The notes under the pieces are model-generated. The model saw nothing but the letters and a program-made list of their open reading frames with translations, was not told where the DNA came from and did not search any database. Of a stretch of DNA of 64,000 nt, positions 11,677-25,639 are shown piece by piece (the stretch's first letter is position 1; each line of letters begins with the position of its first letter). Both the position numbers and the translations under genes were made by a program. Source of the DNA: Lama glama (Eukaryota); assembly GCA_028534125.1 (NCBI GenBank), contig CM052816.1, positions 87,608,001 to 87,672,000 of the forward strand. The letters are read 5' to 3'.

Positions 11677-14600
11677 TTCGTACATACCAGTCAAAAATTA
11701 TTCTGGTTGTTATTCTCTGTTTTTTTTTCCTTTCTTTCTTTCTTTCTATTTTAAATGTTTATTGCACCATTTTTTTTTCACTCAAGCAGTGATCTACGTG
11801 TAAATGTCATCCGATAAACTTTAATGTAATTAATGTGTTCATTTGGAAGAAATCTCCTTGAAAACTGAACTTTTACCTTAAAATTCCCAGGAAGTCTTTG
11901 CGACCTGGAAACTCTTTTTAAAAAAATTAGAAATACATAAAATTCATGTAAAATATAAAGATATATACATATCCATCTTTAGCTACATAAATGCTCTAAT
12001 TAATGAAAGGAGAATATTACAAAAATTTCTCAAATAATATTCTGATACCAACTCCAGGTTTTGTATTAGAGGAGCAATAAAACAATTTTTAGTGGCTCCT
12101 TTAGGACTGTCTACCTCTTGTTAGCACAAGTTCTACCAGTACCGTGAATTTAAAGAATTTCTTATATCAGCAAAATAAGACATTTCATGAATCTTGGGGA
12201 GGGACATTTTGCATTGAGCAGAATGAACATCACAATTTTGTATTCTCTATTTTCATTACTCAATTTTTAAAATACAAAGATTTCAGTTCTCAAAACTCCA
12301 TGGAACCACTTGAGGGTGGAATAGAAGAGATTGATGCTGGCTGACAGTGCTGAGGATGCAAAACAGTTGTTTCACCTGCTGTTTCTCAAAGAGATGAATG
12401 AGGATAACATTTAGATCTGTTTCTGGATTTGTGTAAAGGTCCTTTTAATAGAGCACCCAATAAAAATGTAATACTATTTCTTAAATTTACTTTATTCTTC
12501 CAGAACAAGTGAGGTGAAGAATTTACTTAGAAATCAGATGAGAAGAAGGAAATTCTGAGTTTTAAGCCTCATATTCAATTTAAAAAAGTGTATCTTTCTC
12601 TTTCTATATTAATATATAAATGGAATTAATGTTAACCTGAGACTTCTACAAATCCAATATAACAAGCCTTGCTTTTTATGCCATTTTAAAATGAGTTTAG
12701 AGTAAGGATTGGAAAACCTTGTTACATCTGAAGAAAAAAAAATTAATCCCTGGGGAAAAGGAATTAAAGAAAGAAGGAACCCTGCATGCAAAATTACGTT
12801 CCACCAAATGCTTTTGTGAGAGGAATAAAATAAGTACGGGGTTTTCTTGTATTTAAGTAATTAGGAGGGACAGTCCCTTTGATTTAATTGCTTAATACTA
12901 GTATGTCTCTGTCAAATAAATTTTCAAGGAAGAAGTATTGTCCCACCAAAGTTGTTTTAGCATTAAATGTTAAGGAAGAAAAAGATATTTTATTTTATCA
13001 TATGTACCAGTATCTTTCAGCAGCTTGATTTGTTCAGTAAGTTAGAATTGCAGGGCATGATCAGATACCATACGTAATTTCCCTGAATTAGTTCCTCTGA
13101 GAGATGAGTCATCTTGAAATTATTAGAGATCCAAGTATTTTAAGAATCGTATAATTTTTTTAATTGAATTATAATCAGTTTACAATGTTGTATCAATTTT
13201 ATAACTCTTACAAGCACTTAGCTTGGGTCTCAAACTTAATAAGTTCAAAGAAAGTGAACAGTTCATAAAAGGAAAATTAAAATGAAAAGCATTTTTATTG
13301 TAATTTTTCAATCTTATGTTGACACTATGACAATAAACACTCGTTAGCATGAGCGTGTAGGTGTCTTAAGTTCTAAAAGGATTTATGTAGGTTTCCAAGT
13401 ACAACTAGAAACTACAGTACAAGCCACTTATTTTTTTTTTCCAATGCCTTATTGGTACATTAAAGCCTTATACATTGAAATGTTATCATAACATTATCTA
13501 TAAAACTAGATAGAAATAAAATGTCTTGCAAAACAATTTGTTGTAGACATTGAAGAGGTTAAGCAGTGATAGTTTATCTGTGCTGAGGAATAGGGGAATT
13601 ATTGTTAATGTAAGGTTAGCACAGGTACATAGTGGATTTGATGACAGGAAGAGAATCAAGAATCGTGCTTAAAATTACATACCATATGCTGGTGCTACAC
13701 CTGTATCTATTTGAAAACATTTACCAACTTACAATCGCCAATTAACACTGAATCTACGTTTTGGCAAATAGGATGGGCTCAATCAATATTTGCCAAATCA
13801 AACTTTGTCACATTCTGTCTCTGCACTTAAAGAAAAATAAATAAAAGAGGGGAGGGCAGCTAGGCGTGAAAGAAATAAAAAAAAGCTTTGTCTTACACCA
13901 GTTTAGTTTGTCTTTGATTATTATAACTAAGGAGAATGAATTGTAGCAGAAAAATATCGTTTCTCCATAAAGTATCACTTGGTCAAATAATTTTCTAGGC
14001 TTTGATAATTTTTTTGAGAATGCATTTAAAAATTGCCCTAAACTATATGTGGTTCTGAAAAGATACGAGAAAACTGAGAGTTACTGATTAAATGTAACGG
14101 GTCCCCTTGTCCCCTGACATTGGGAAATGAGCCCTGATAAGAAACAGGTGACCATACCAATCTGCCTTCCTTAGAGCAAACAACATTGCTTTGAAAATCT
14201 AAGAGGGTATTTCCAGTTTTAGGATTTTCAAATTGGACCTTCCGGTTAATTGTGAGTTGCATAAAATGGTGCCTCTTTGGTGTATATTCTGGAAAATGGT
14301 AAAGTGAATCTCAGATGGCATGGCCAACTCAAAACCCTGTGAAAATGATGCTAACTGAGGCATCTTTGAGTCATTATTTTGATACATAGCTGTTATAGTT
14401 AACTTGAAAATAATTATTCTTCAATATTATAGCAAGTATATTAAAATATCAGAAATTATATTTTAAAAATACAGTTAGGTCATAGACACCATATTTATGG
14501 TGTGGGTTAGTGCCTTTACAGCCTCCTTAATTAGTTCCTTTGTCATCCTCATTTATCGTGACATGGTTTATTTGTGTGTCCAAAAATTGCTGAGGGGGAA

Positions 14601-15169
14601 ATGGGCAGAGTTAAAGGGAGTCTGTCCAGAAGCCTCTCTTACTCACAAAACAGCCTTAACAAAGTAGAGTACATAGTCAGATGTTCTGTACACACTGTTC
14701 TATCAAGTGTGTTATTAAAACACAAAAAATAGCAACAACAATGCAGAGTAGAAAGTCACAGAAACATATTATTCAGAAGTGTTTTTTAATATTGTTTTGT
14801 TTTGGTAGCCTTGGGTCTAAACTCCTGAGTCGCTTTTCCTAAATAATTTGACATGTGCAAATCTCTCATGCACTAAGCGAAACTTGGATTCTGCACACTA
14901 ACCCGTTCATTTTGCAGGTCAATAGATGACAAAAAGGGAGAAAAAAAATTGATCCTGGGAAGCCTCATTTTTTTTTAATAACAATCACAGCCACATTTTT
15001 GTTACAGAGTAACTCGTTAAAAGACACAGAGCAACTTGCACAAATTCTTCGAGTTTTCCGTTAATAGGTTTACCTGGTGATCTGGTCATACAGTCTATTC
15101 TTTTGTGTTTTCTTTTTACATGCTGTCATTCCTCTGTTTTCCTCTTTGGGAGCTGGAACATGCTTCAAA

Positions 15170-15300
15170 CATTAATCCAACTCACTCAGTTTAGAAATAG
15201 GAAAAATGAAGCCATAGAGGCTAATGACTTGTATTAAAATAACAGAATTTTCAAAACAGTCATCTGTGGTAACCCAGATCCAAGACCTCACCCTTTTCTG
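15170..15300 (-). mobile_element. MIR/MIR3 fragment
   Basis: atccaactcactcagtttagaaataggaaaaatgaagccatagaggctaatgacttg resembles antisense MIR. Confidence 0.5.
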
Positions 15301-16670
15301 GTGCATTTTGAATTTTTTAAGCTCCATTCATACTTGATTCTTCATAGATGATTGTTGTTGTTTTTGTATCTTGAAAAATGAAATGTAAGTTAGAATGCAT
15401 CTAAATTAACAAAGAATGTTAGTTTCTGGTCACCAAAGATATTGAAGCAGTGTACAGAAAAGTGCAAGACCACACCAACCTCTGTAGATCACAACCTTCT
15501 TCTAGCCTGGCTGTGCCCTGGCTATTGTCAATTCTGATGTAATGAATCAGGGAAATGTCACGTCTTGAGTGACACAGCATATGCAAATCCTTACAGGGTA
15601 TCAGTCACACTTTGAGTGATAAAGCATGTGCAACTCCCTAGAAGAGGGTTTTGCACAGAACAAGGCCACTTTTTATCTGAAATTTCTTTCTTCATTTTCT
15701 TTTCCAAAGCAAAGAAAAATTGTATGGTTTGGGCAACAAGTGAAAGCTTATCATTTACATTTTGGAGCTAACTCTTGAAGTATTTTTCTTATATTTCTTA
15801 TATTAAGTCTTACAATTCATCATTAAAGTAAATGAGTTAATAAACAATACAATAAATATATAAAGAGTTCATTCTCATTTTCACAATTTTTAAACATCCA
15901 CTAGTGATTACTTTTGTAACTTTTGAATATATGTATATACCTATATTTCCTTTTTAATGACTATCCAACAATATCAGTTAACCTTATATATGAAAAAAAT
16001 AAAGATTTAATTTCTTCTACCTATCTCTTGATTTATTCAACCCAGTTTTGGTATTTCTATCAGTCCTATTGGTAATCTTTATAACTTTAAAAATGTATGT
16101 GTGTGAATATATTTTTGTTGTTTGGTGAACTTTTGATGATTTTTAAAAGCCTTTAGATTTGTAAGTTAAGGGCATTAACTCCTTGACCTTTTCCCCATTT
16201 TTTTTCCTTTAAATTTTTGCCAATTATACTTTTATTTTTATAATGTCAATGGGAATAACTTTTAGAATCCAGGTAGCAACCCTAAAATTCTAATTTTACT
16301 TTGACCAAAAATGTACTTTAAACAGTGAAAAACAATGCACATGGTCACAGAACTTTGCTTCTTCGGGTTTTGAATAGTTCAGTTTTAGATGCAGGGAAGT
16401 GAAGGGATGCACTTCCTTCTCTAGCAGCCCACTCTCACAAACCCGTCCCCCAGACACCTCTGTTCTTTGGCAGTGCCATCTAGGAGGATTCTTTGACTTT
16501 AGTTTTTCCTTTTATTGTTTTAAAAACTTGCATTTTAACATCCAAGAGGCCATTATTCCATTTATGAGATTTCTTCTCAAATATCTTTTAACACGATGGA
16601 TTAAAGAAATACTCATCTTCTGTTTCCTCTGTTATCTCTTTTTCCTCTAGGATCAAGTTTTTGATTTGTA

Positions 16671-17170
16671 NNNNNNNNNNNNNNNNNNNNNNNNNNNNNN
16701 NNNNNNNNNNNNNNNNNNNNNNNNNNNNNNNNNNNNNNNNNNNNNNNNNNNNNNNNNNNNNNNNNNNNNNNNNNNNNNNNNNNNNNNNNNNNNNNNNNNN
16801 NNNNNNNNNNNNNNNNNNNNNNNNNNNNNNNNNNNNNNNNNNNNNNNNNNNNNNNNNNNNNNNNNNNNNNNNNNNNNNNNNNNNNNNNNNNNNNNNNNNN
16901 NNNNNNNNNNNNNNNNNNNNNNNNNNNNNNNNNNNNNNNNNNNNNNNNNNNNNNNNNNNNNNNNNNNNNNNNNNNNNNNNNNNNNNNNNNNNNNNNNNNN
17001 NNNNNNNNNNNNNNNNNNNNNNNNNNNNNNNNNNNNNNNNNNNNNNNNNNNNNNNNNNNNNNNNNNNNNNNNNNNNNNNNNNNNNNNNNNNNNNNNNNNN
17101 NNNNNNNNNNNNNNNNNNNNNNNNNNNNNNNNNNNNNNNNNNNNNNNNNNNNNNNNNNNNNNNNNNNNNN
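16671..17170. other. Assembly gap (500 N)
   Basis: Run of exactly 500 N. Confidence 1.
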
Positions 17171-19099
17171 ATAACTATTATGCAACTTAACCCAATTATA
17201 ATACATTTCCATTCTATGTGAACATTGAATGTCTCCAAATATGACAGCTTTGACTGAAGTCACTTTGAAGTTCAGAAGGTTATAAAAATATTGACAAATG
17301 GCATTGTTCAAAACCTTTGTTTTTTAACCAAAACTGCCTAAAAATTGAAAGTAAACAACTTTTTCTCAATTTGATGTTTTCTTCATTTTTAAATGCAAAG
17401 GAATGACTTGAGATGTGACAAACAGTAAAAATATAGTGTTACCATCTTTTATGTCTCTTACCTCAGCAGAATAGGAAGTAGCCTCCCCATCTGGGTACCA
17501 GGTAGAAGACTATGAGTTATTCACAAAACAGCATTCTGCTCTAGGAAGCATGCAATTCACTTCACTGTTTAAGACTAAAGAAAGCAATTTTCTGACTCTT
17601 AGAAAATCCAGAATGTTATACAAGACATAGAAATCAACAGTTTCTGAAAACACTCTAATGTAAAATCTTTAGAAGGAAAATAACACAAAACTTGGCCTTT
17701 GCAGCATAACACATCCTTTTGTCAATCTCTTTATTTTTGCAGGAATTGATTTTTTTTTCTGTTCCTCTCAGATAATTTTAAATTTGCAATATCATTTTTG
17801 CTGTTACTGTTTTTGTTTTCAACATTTCATTAATCACATGGTGGTTGGGTAGAAAACATATTCCCATTAAGTCTATATAAATAGAGAAGACTGAGGTAAT
17901 CTTAAAGATAACTTTGCCCATTTAAAGACATATTCAGCCATGTAAATTATCACAAAAAGTACAGCTTTCTGAGTTACATCTCATAGGATATATTTAATGC
18001 AAGACTAAAGGGCATTACTTCAGAAAAAAAAGAAAACCAAAACAAATGTTTGTTTGAGGCTTAAAAACGTATGAATTGAGTCATATATGATACAATATAT
18101 AAACATACGAAAGCTGTTTTAACTCATAACCTAGAGATGTTATGTAACTGAAGGTCAATTACATTTGACAACACCACTGCCAAATCAAGTAACAAGATAC
18201 CAGGGGCAAATATTGGTCTAGCTTGTCTTACATGTTTCCTTGTGATTGCAGGCACAGCTGTCTCAACTTCCATACTGTTAAAATGTGCAGAAGTACTGAG
18301 AGGAAAACATGGAAATGTATCCATGTTGAATATTACAAACAATTAAACACAGATAAAACCCGGCATCACCAAATGCCTCTCTTTATGGGTGTTTGTTTCT
18401 TAGTTTATTTTTTTTTTGACTAAAATAAAAGGATTTGCAGCACTATTCCAAAATGGTTTATATAATTTTGAATTGAAAATATATGTAGTTTGGCCTTCTT
18501 CTGATATATGTTCTTGGAATAAAATACAGTGGAATCAACAGTTTTACTCTGCTGTTGTGTTCTCTTTTGTTATTCCATTACCATTTTATTGGAATCCTTA
18601 TACAGGCTAGCCGGTGGTTCCTATGACCTTTGAGTTGTTTTATGGGATAAAGTTACTTATCTGCCAGTTTCACTATCAGGCCTAGAAGAATAACCTATTT
18701 ATTTTTATTTGAACAACAAATCTATAGCCAGTTTCCTAGTACTCAGAACTTTAGGACTTTCAAGGGTGTGAAAAGGGAGTGGTAAGAAGCAGAGGAAAAG
18801 AAAGAAGGGGGTTAAAGGCAGCACTTAAGCTGTCAGAGACAAACAAGCAAGCAAGGAGTGACTTCTCTTTTGTCTTTTTGTTAGTAAATACCATTTCCTT
18901 AAAGAATATTTCTATCACTTTCCATGTTGCCCATTAATTTCCTATGATAGGGAGGAAGGTTTAACTAAGTTACACCTCTCCCTTCCTTCTCTCATGGAAA
19001 AAAAAAAAAAGGTTTCCAGTCACCATTTTCTGAAATAACAAAATAAACATCCCCATGCTTTCCATTCCTTTCTTCTTTTCAAGACGTTGACATCTTAAT

Positions 19100-20330
19100 T
19101 ACATGATCTGTTTTAACGATTTTTCTAAGTAATTTAAAATAAGAGATTTTAAATTTCTCTTCAGTTTCCTTAGTTTTTATCTTTTGGGTATTAGATTTTT
19201 TAATCTTTGTTTTTGTGTTTTTATTTCATATTGCAGATTTTCTCAAGTCTCTGTTCATTTTTTGTTGTCTCTTCACATTTAAGCATCAAGCCACACAAAC
19301 ACTAACCCTTAGCAGGTGAGAATTGTCTCCTGCCAACTTCATTGTGTTGTTGGATCAGAAATTCTTCATATCCTTGGGAGTCTTTCCAAATGCCAGAAAA
19401 TGCTTAACACACAGTAGCTACCTTTTGTCTTGACAAGCATTTCTTTTAATATATTTTGTGACGCCCCCGTCCCATCTCTTCTCAACCACCTAACCATCTT
19501 TTTATTCCTTTGAAGTCAGAGTTAGGCTCCTGGATATTTGAGGTGAGAAGAGAGGAGGTTCCAGTCATTCACTTTCAATTAATTCCTTTCTTAGAAGGAC
19601 CATTTCCTTCCACCTTTCCTTATAACTGGTACCTCTGATTCAAGAACTTTTCTGTTTTGTCTGTTTTCCAGCTTTATTGATGTATGACTGACCAGTAAAA
19701 GAGTACACCTTTAGGTTTTACAGTGTGCAACATAACTATTTAATACACTCATACACTGGAAATGGTTACTACATCAAATTAATTAGCACTTCCACGACCT
19801 CACCTCATGTAGTACCTTTTTTGGTGTGTGTGTGTTGATAACACTGAAGGATCTACTACTGTCTTAGAAAATCTCAAGTATACAGTACAAAGTTTTTAAC
19901 TATGATCACCATGCTGTATATTTGATCTGATGAACTTAATCATCTTGTCACTGAAAGTTTATATCCTTTGACCAACATCTCCCCATTTACCCCAGCTTCC
20001 AACTTCTGATAGACATCCTTCTACTCTTGGGTTCTGGAATTTTGACTTTTTTAGTTTCCACACAGAATCATGCAGTATTTGTCTTTCTGTGTCTAGGAAC
20101 CTTTCTGTTTTGCAGAAACTTCCTCTGCTGTAAGCCTTTGCATATTCTCTAGGTCCTGACTTCCCGAATCATTCCATCTCTTCAATGAATGTGTTGAAAT
20201 CCCTGACTCTCCTGCTTCCTCTTCATTCTCCTCATTATTATGTTTTTTTAAATCAACTTTTCCCTTTATGGTTGTTATAATTAAGCCTGAGGAGTGAGAG
20301 GAAATAAGCTCTGTCGACCAATATAAACTG
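19100..20330 (-). mobile_element. HAL1-like / old L1 5' remnant, interrupted by a younger L1 at 19660-20096
   Basis: tttcatattgcagattttctcaagtctctg...cacatttaag and gtgttgaaatccctgactctcctgc...gaggagtgagaggaaataagctctgt resemble antisense HAL1 5' sequence. Confidence 0.45.
19660..20096 (-). mobile_element. L1MA-like 3' end with target-site duplication
   Basis: ttttccagctttattgatgtatgactgac...gaaagtttatatcctttgaccaacatctcccc...atgcagtatttgtctttctgtgtct. TSD gaacttttctgttttg (19644-19659) vs gaacctttctgttttg (20097-20112), 15/16. Confidence 0.88.
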
Positions 20331-21109
20331 AAGGCATCATTATTTTTTTAGGACATGATTTGGACAAAAATATTTACTTTACACATTGAATAATAAAAAT
20401 AATTCACACTTAGGAGTTACTATTAATTCTGTTTCCTAAAAAAGGATTGAGAATAATTATTTAATTTGAGCACAGTCAGCTAATCTATGTAATGTAAGCT
20501 TCTTACTTGTTATTTTATTGATTTTTTTTGTAATTTAAAAAAAACAATTAACATTTATTATTGTCAATAATTATGCACTTAACTATGGTCCAAATTAGAT
20601 CCAAAGAAGATAATCTTGACTTGTGTTCTCTATACATTTAAGAAGAGATTGCCCCACTAAAACTGACCTTTATGTATTCTGTTCTATTCATACTCTTCCT
20701 TCTTTTTTCTTAGTCATTCTCCTACACCTTCTTTGTCTCGGTTTATAAGATCACCTCCAATGCATTTCTTGACAGAAAAGCTGAAAATGCTTTTCTTTAG
20801 TTTGACCATCTGTACAAGTTACATCCATTTTTAAATTTTCCATTCAGGCAAGACCTCCTATGGCAATACCATCATGGCCTCTCAGAGCAGAGTAAGAGAT
20901 ACTTCCCACTGCTCTCCTGACCTGCTATGAAAATTAAATTGTTATATTTTCATATTTCTCTCAATTTGTTTATAAATTTTATAGTCAGGAAATGTGCTCT
21001 GGAATCATGAATTTCTGGTTTTCTTTTAACTTAGTCCTTTTCCCTTAGGATATATGAAAATATATGTATTTAAATGAGTTAATTATGTGCATATGTGTTG
21101 CATGTATCT

Positions 21110-21609
21110 TGTCCAAGAAAAATTGCACTAGACTAATTAAACAGGCAAGGAAGGATTTATTTAAGACTATTGCAAAAGGGAATAGAGATTAAACTCAACT
21201 CTCCAGAAATAAAAAGCAGGGGAATTTTAAACACTGGAGTGAGTGAGCTATTGAAAGAGTCCTGGAACTGTTGAGGGGAGGATGGTCATTGTGATTGGCC
21301 CATCTGTGTTTGCTCATTGGCTCTTATGAAGGCAGGTGCCTATCTTCCCACAGAGACCAGGAAATAGGGGCTCTATCTTTCTAGACTATTACATTTCAAG
21401 GGGATGGCCACCTGGGCATTGAGAAAGGCAATCTTAGGTAATAACATTGGCAAGAGACCAGGGGAAAATTTACATCTCAAAGAAGAATTTACGATGACAA
21501 GTTTTCTAGTGTAGATGCTCTAAGAAAAGGGAATTCAAGATCCTATAATCAGGTAGAAACCTGTGTAAAATGCAGTCAAGCTGAGGGGAAGTTAAAGCTG
21601 TCTCTGTCA
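21110..21609 (-). mobile_element. Solo ERV1 LTR, MER67-like
   Basis: TG...CA-bounded 500 bp. The minus strand starts tgacagagacagctttaacttcccctcagcttgac...ttcccttttcttagagcat...agaaaacttg, as recalled for MER67. Flanks atct/atat could be a decayed 4-bp TSD. Confidence 0.8.
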
Positions 21610-21639
21610 ATATTCTCTAATAAAGCAACCGTCTTACAT

Positions 21640-21671
21640 ACTAAACAGGGTTCCTGGACCCAGTTCCACCG

Positions 21672-21716
<45 letters not shown>

Positions 21717-22255
21717 GCTTCCCCACATCACCAAGCAATTTCTGGACACTAGCAGGTATCAGAGAATTCAACTCAATTTGGACACTGTCTGTCTGAAGGG
21801 AGGTAGATTCAGATTCCACACGTAAAGGGCTCAGTCCCAAAAGGCCATCGATCATTGCAGACACCAGCTGGAAGCCTAGCAGTTAACCTGTGCTTCTGAC
21901 CAACCTGCTACTAACTGGGAATTCCGAGAACTCCTTCCAATTGGAGACAATTGCAAGTCAAAGTTACAACTATAACCTGTAAAACCATAAACTATAAACT
22001 CAGAGGTTCCCATGGCTACACTTCAAATTTGATTAACTTGAAAGAAGGACTCACAGAACCTAGAAAAACCCATTTACTCCATAGATTACTCATTTATTAT
22101 AAAATGATATTGAAGGATGCAAATCAGCAAAAAGATGAAGAGATAACATAGGCTGAGGTCCCCAACAAAGGAGCTATCCTTGTGGAGGGTGGGGCCCTGC
22201 TCCGTGGCACTCTGAATTGTTCTGCTTCCCCAGTGTGGAAGCATTCACTCTGAAA
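21640..22255 (-). mobile_element. MER21-like LTR fragment with internal (GT)n
   Basis: accaagcaatttctggacact...aagggctcagtccca...cttctgaccaacctgcta...ctcacagaacc...gatgaagagataacatagg resembles MER21-family LTRs; (GT)n at about 21676-21714. Confidence 0.75.
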
Positions 22256-23761
22256 AGGGGCTAAAAAACTACAATTTGACCTGTAACAATTGTACATCCC
22301 ATATATACGTGTCTCTTTTTAAACATTTTCTCGACTTTTAATTGTAATACATATCTTTCTTGATCTTTATTTTTGTTTATATTTTACTATAATATTATAG
22401 CTGCTTTTATTAAACTGCCTAAAATTCTTTCTGATATAATGTAGAGTATAAATATAAATAATATTAAATATGCAAATGCTTAAATAACTAGATGCTTAGG
22501 GAAATACTTAAGGAAATAAATAAATACTTAAGAAAATGCTGAATTGAAATGTCAGTTTAAATACACATCTATTATAACGTCTATAAAAATCAATGGTTGA
22601 AGATGACCATACCTTGAAATCGAATTTTGAAATACTGAGGAAAAAAATACCAGAATCTTTGGCTTAATTATTTTACGTTTTAAATGTATGATTTTAAAAA
22701 GGATTTCAAAGAAGAAGATATTGTATTTTTTATTTCTGTATTTTTGCAATGTTTTGTCCTTCTGGAAGAACAAAAGTTTGGATATTCTTCCCACGCACCA
22801 GTCATTTTAAGTATATTTTAAAAGAGATGGCATTTTGTTTTCCATATGTTGCTTTCATTGTCTGGTTGGTTTATTGCAAAGACACGATGTAAAGGAAAGA
22901 TTTGATCTGAATCTATCAGGTTTATTCATCTTTGTTTTCCTGTGAGAATATCCATGGCCTTACTTAGCTTTTAGTTATATTTTGTAATATATTAAAGAAC
23001 ATGTGAAATTATTTATTATATCACTTTAAAGATGTAGAGTTAGCCCTAGCCCTCCCTCTCTCGCTTTCCTTTGTCTTCTTTCTCTCCCTCTCCCTCTGAG
23101 AGAAGAAAGGAGACAAGAAAACAAATGTAAGATTAAACTGGGTGGGAAGAAAGATAGTAGGAAGAGTTCAGCAGACTGGCAGTGGGACTTCTTAATGAAT
23201 CTGCTTAATCCAGCAGTATTCTGTGCCAGATTAAGTTATATAACACACACATGAGATTTTTTTCAAGGTAAATATGAATAAAATATACTCTTGGGTAAGC
23301 AGCATTTTGTTTGAATTTTAATTACAGTACCCTATCAATAAGCGTAAGAGTTCTTGAGAGAGTAATAGATCACTACAATTCACTTATTTTAAGTAGATTT
23401 TAAAAGCTCTTGTTTATTTCTGTTTTGATTTCTTCTCTGTAGTAAATGACTCATGTCATAGCACAAACATGTAAAATAAACAAGGTAATACTATTTACAT
23501 ACAATTAAATGAAGTCAGTAGGACTAATAACTTACTCTACACTGATAGACATCATTACATAATTAAATAACCTATTGTAGTGAGCATTAGTTTCTGAGAC
23601 AAAGATATTCTGGGTAAATATTCTGTTGCATTTAATGAGATGTTCACTATGTGGTAGTTTTAGACATTGAAATAACCTTCATTCCATAATCATCTCTGTG
23701 TCAACAATTAACTCATTAAATAAATACTCCCAGTGTACTCTTTTTGTGATATGTAAATGTA

Positions 23762-24765
23762 CTTATTTTTTAGGGCAGTCTTAGTTTTACAGAAAAATTG
23801 AGTGGAGGTACAGAGATTTCCCATATATCCCCTACTGCCATATGTGTAGAGCCTTCCCCATTGCCAGCAACCCCCACCAGAGTGGTACCCTTGTTAAAAT
23901 TGGTGAGCCTACAGTGACACATCATAATTACACAAAGTCCATAGTTTACATGACAGTTCACTTTTGGTGTTGTACTTTCTATGTTTTTGACAGATATATA
24001 TTATGACATGTATCTACCACTATAGTGTCATAGAAGATAGTTTAACTGCCCTAAACATCTTCTGTGCTTGGCCTATCAGTCCTTCCTTCACCCCTAACAC
24101 TTGGCAACTGCTGATTTTTTTTTTACTGTGTCCATAGTTTTGCCTTTTCCAGAATGTCATATAGTTGGAATCATACATTATGTAGCTTTTTCATATTGGC
24201 TTCTTTCACTTAGTAATATGCATGTGAGTTTCCTTCATGTCTATTTGTAAATTAAGAGCTGATTCTTTTCCAGCCCTGAATAATATTCCATTGGCAGGTT
24301 GTTGCATAGTTTGTTCATCCATTTACCTACTGAAGGACATCTTGTTTGCTTCCAAGCTATGGCAATTATGAATAAAATGCTAATATAATCTATATTCAGG
24401 TGTTGGGGTGTGCATAAGTATTCAACTCCTTTGGATAAATATCAAGGAGAATAATTGCTGGATAGTGTGATAAGAGTATGTACAGTTTTGTAAGAAGCCA
24501 TCAAACAATATTCCAAAGTGGCTATGCCATTTTCAATTTTCACCAGTAATGAATGAGAGTTCCTGTTGCTCCACATCTTCCCCACCATTTGATGTTGTTA
24601 ATGTTCCAGATTTTGGTCAATATAATACGTATAGAGTGGTATCTCACTGTTGTTTTAATTTGTATTTCCCTTATGACATGATATGGAGCATAATTTCATA
24701 TGATTATTTGTCATTTATGTACATTCTTTGGTAAGGGGTCTTTGGCCCAGTTTCTAATTGCCTGA
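23762..24765 (-). mobile_element. L1MC-like 3' region
   Basis: tttttagggcagtcttagttttacagaaaaattgagtggaggtacagagatttcccata...ttccaaagtggctatgccatttt...aatgagagttcctgttgctccacatc. Confidence 0.88.
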
Positions 24766-24803
24766 TGTGCAATAGTTTCCCTCCTCCTAGGCTGGGCTGG
24801 CAT

Positions 24804-25200
24804 CTGTCTCAGTATGCTCAGACTGCCATAGTGGAATAACACTGTCTGGGTGGCTTAAACAACAGACATTCTTTTTCTCACATTCTGAAGTTTGAAAGTC
24901 CAAGATCAAAGTGTCCAACAGGGTTGTATTCTAATGAAGCCTCTTTCACTGGCTTGCAGATGGCTATCTTCTTGCTGTGTCCCCACACAGCATTTTCTCT
25001 GTGTGCACAGAAAGAGAAATTTCTGGTATTTCTTAGTTTCCTTATAAGGACACCAGTCCAATTGAATTAGGACACCCCACTTATGACCTAATTTCATCTT
25101 AATTACCTCCTCAAAGTCACTATCTTCAAATACCATCACATTGGGGATTAGAGCTTAGATACATAAATTTGGGAGAAGGAAATAATTCAATTCATAGAAG
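24804..25200 (-). mobile_element. MaLR LTR (MLT1A-like)
   Basis: ctgggtggcttaaacaacagacatt...aagtccaagatcaaagtgtc...ccttataaggacaccagtccaattgaattagg. Confidence 0.85.
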
Positions 25201-25419
25201 TTTTCAATGCAGACAAATTTTATACCTTCTGAATCTATTGATACTGGATGTGACCTATTGTAGTTTTGGGAAACTGGACACTTGGCTGAGCCTAGGAAAG
25301 ATCCTCTGGGTTGTTGCAGTAATGTATAGCAGATTTAAATTTATACCATGTAATAGTGATTAAAACCTAATCATACTTGTTTTATTGGTTGTCAGGACAA
25401 TTAGCATCTCAACTAAATG

Positions 25420-25590
25420 AGATGTTTACTCTATGTGGGAACTGTGCTAAAATATTTATTGGGTTTTCCAGTTTAATCCTGACAACAATACAAGGAGATT
25501 ATCCTATTATTATCAGTAATATTCAGATGAGGAAGCCAAGCCTTTAAACTGTCATGGTCCTTTCCCAAAACTACATGCCAGTGTGTTGCA
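25420..25590 (-). mobile_element. MIR fragment
   Basis: tttaatcctgacaacaatac...attattatcagtaatattcagatgaggaagccaag. Confidence 0.6.
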
Positions 25591-25639
25591 CAATCAACGT
25601 ATTTTTTTTCAAGTTGTTTGTATCAATAATTTGTTCCTT

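Noticed and set aside
16588..17311. Long ORFs of 174-232 aa in the ORF track
   Set aside because: They are artefacts of translating through the 500-N gap.
19238..19315. AG...GTGAG-bounded potential exon
   Set aside because: It lies within HAL1/L1-like antisense sequence, is T-rich and shows no coding signal.
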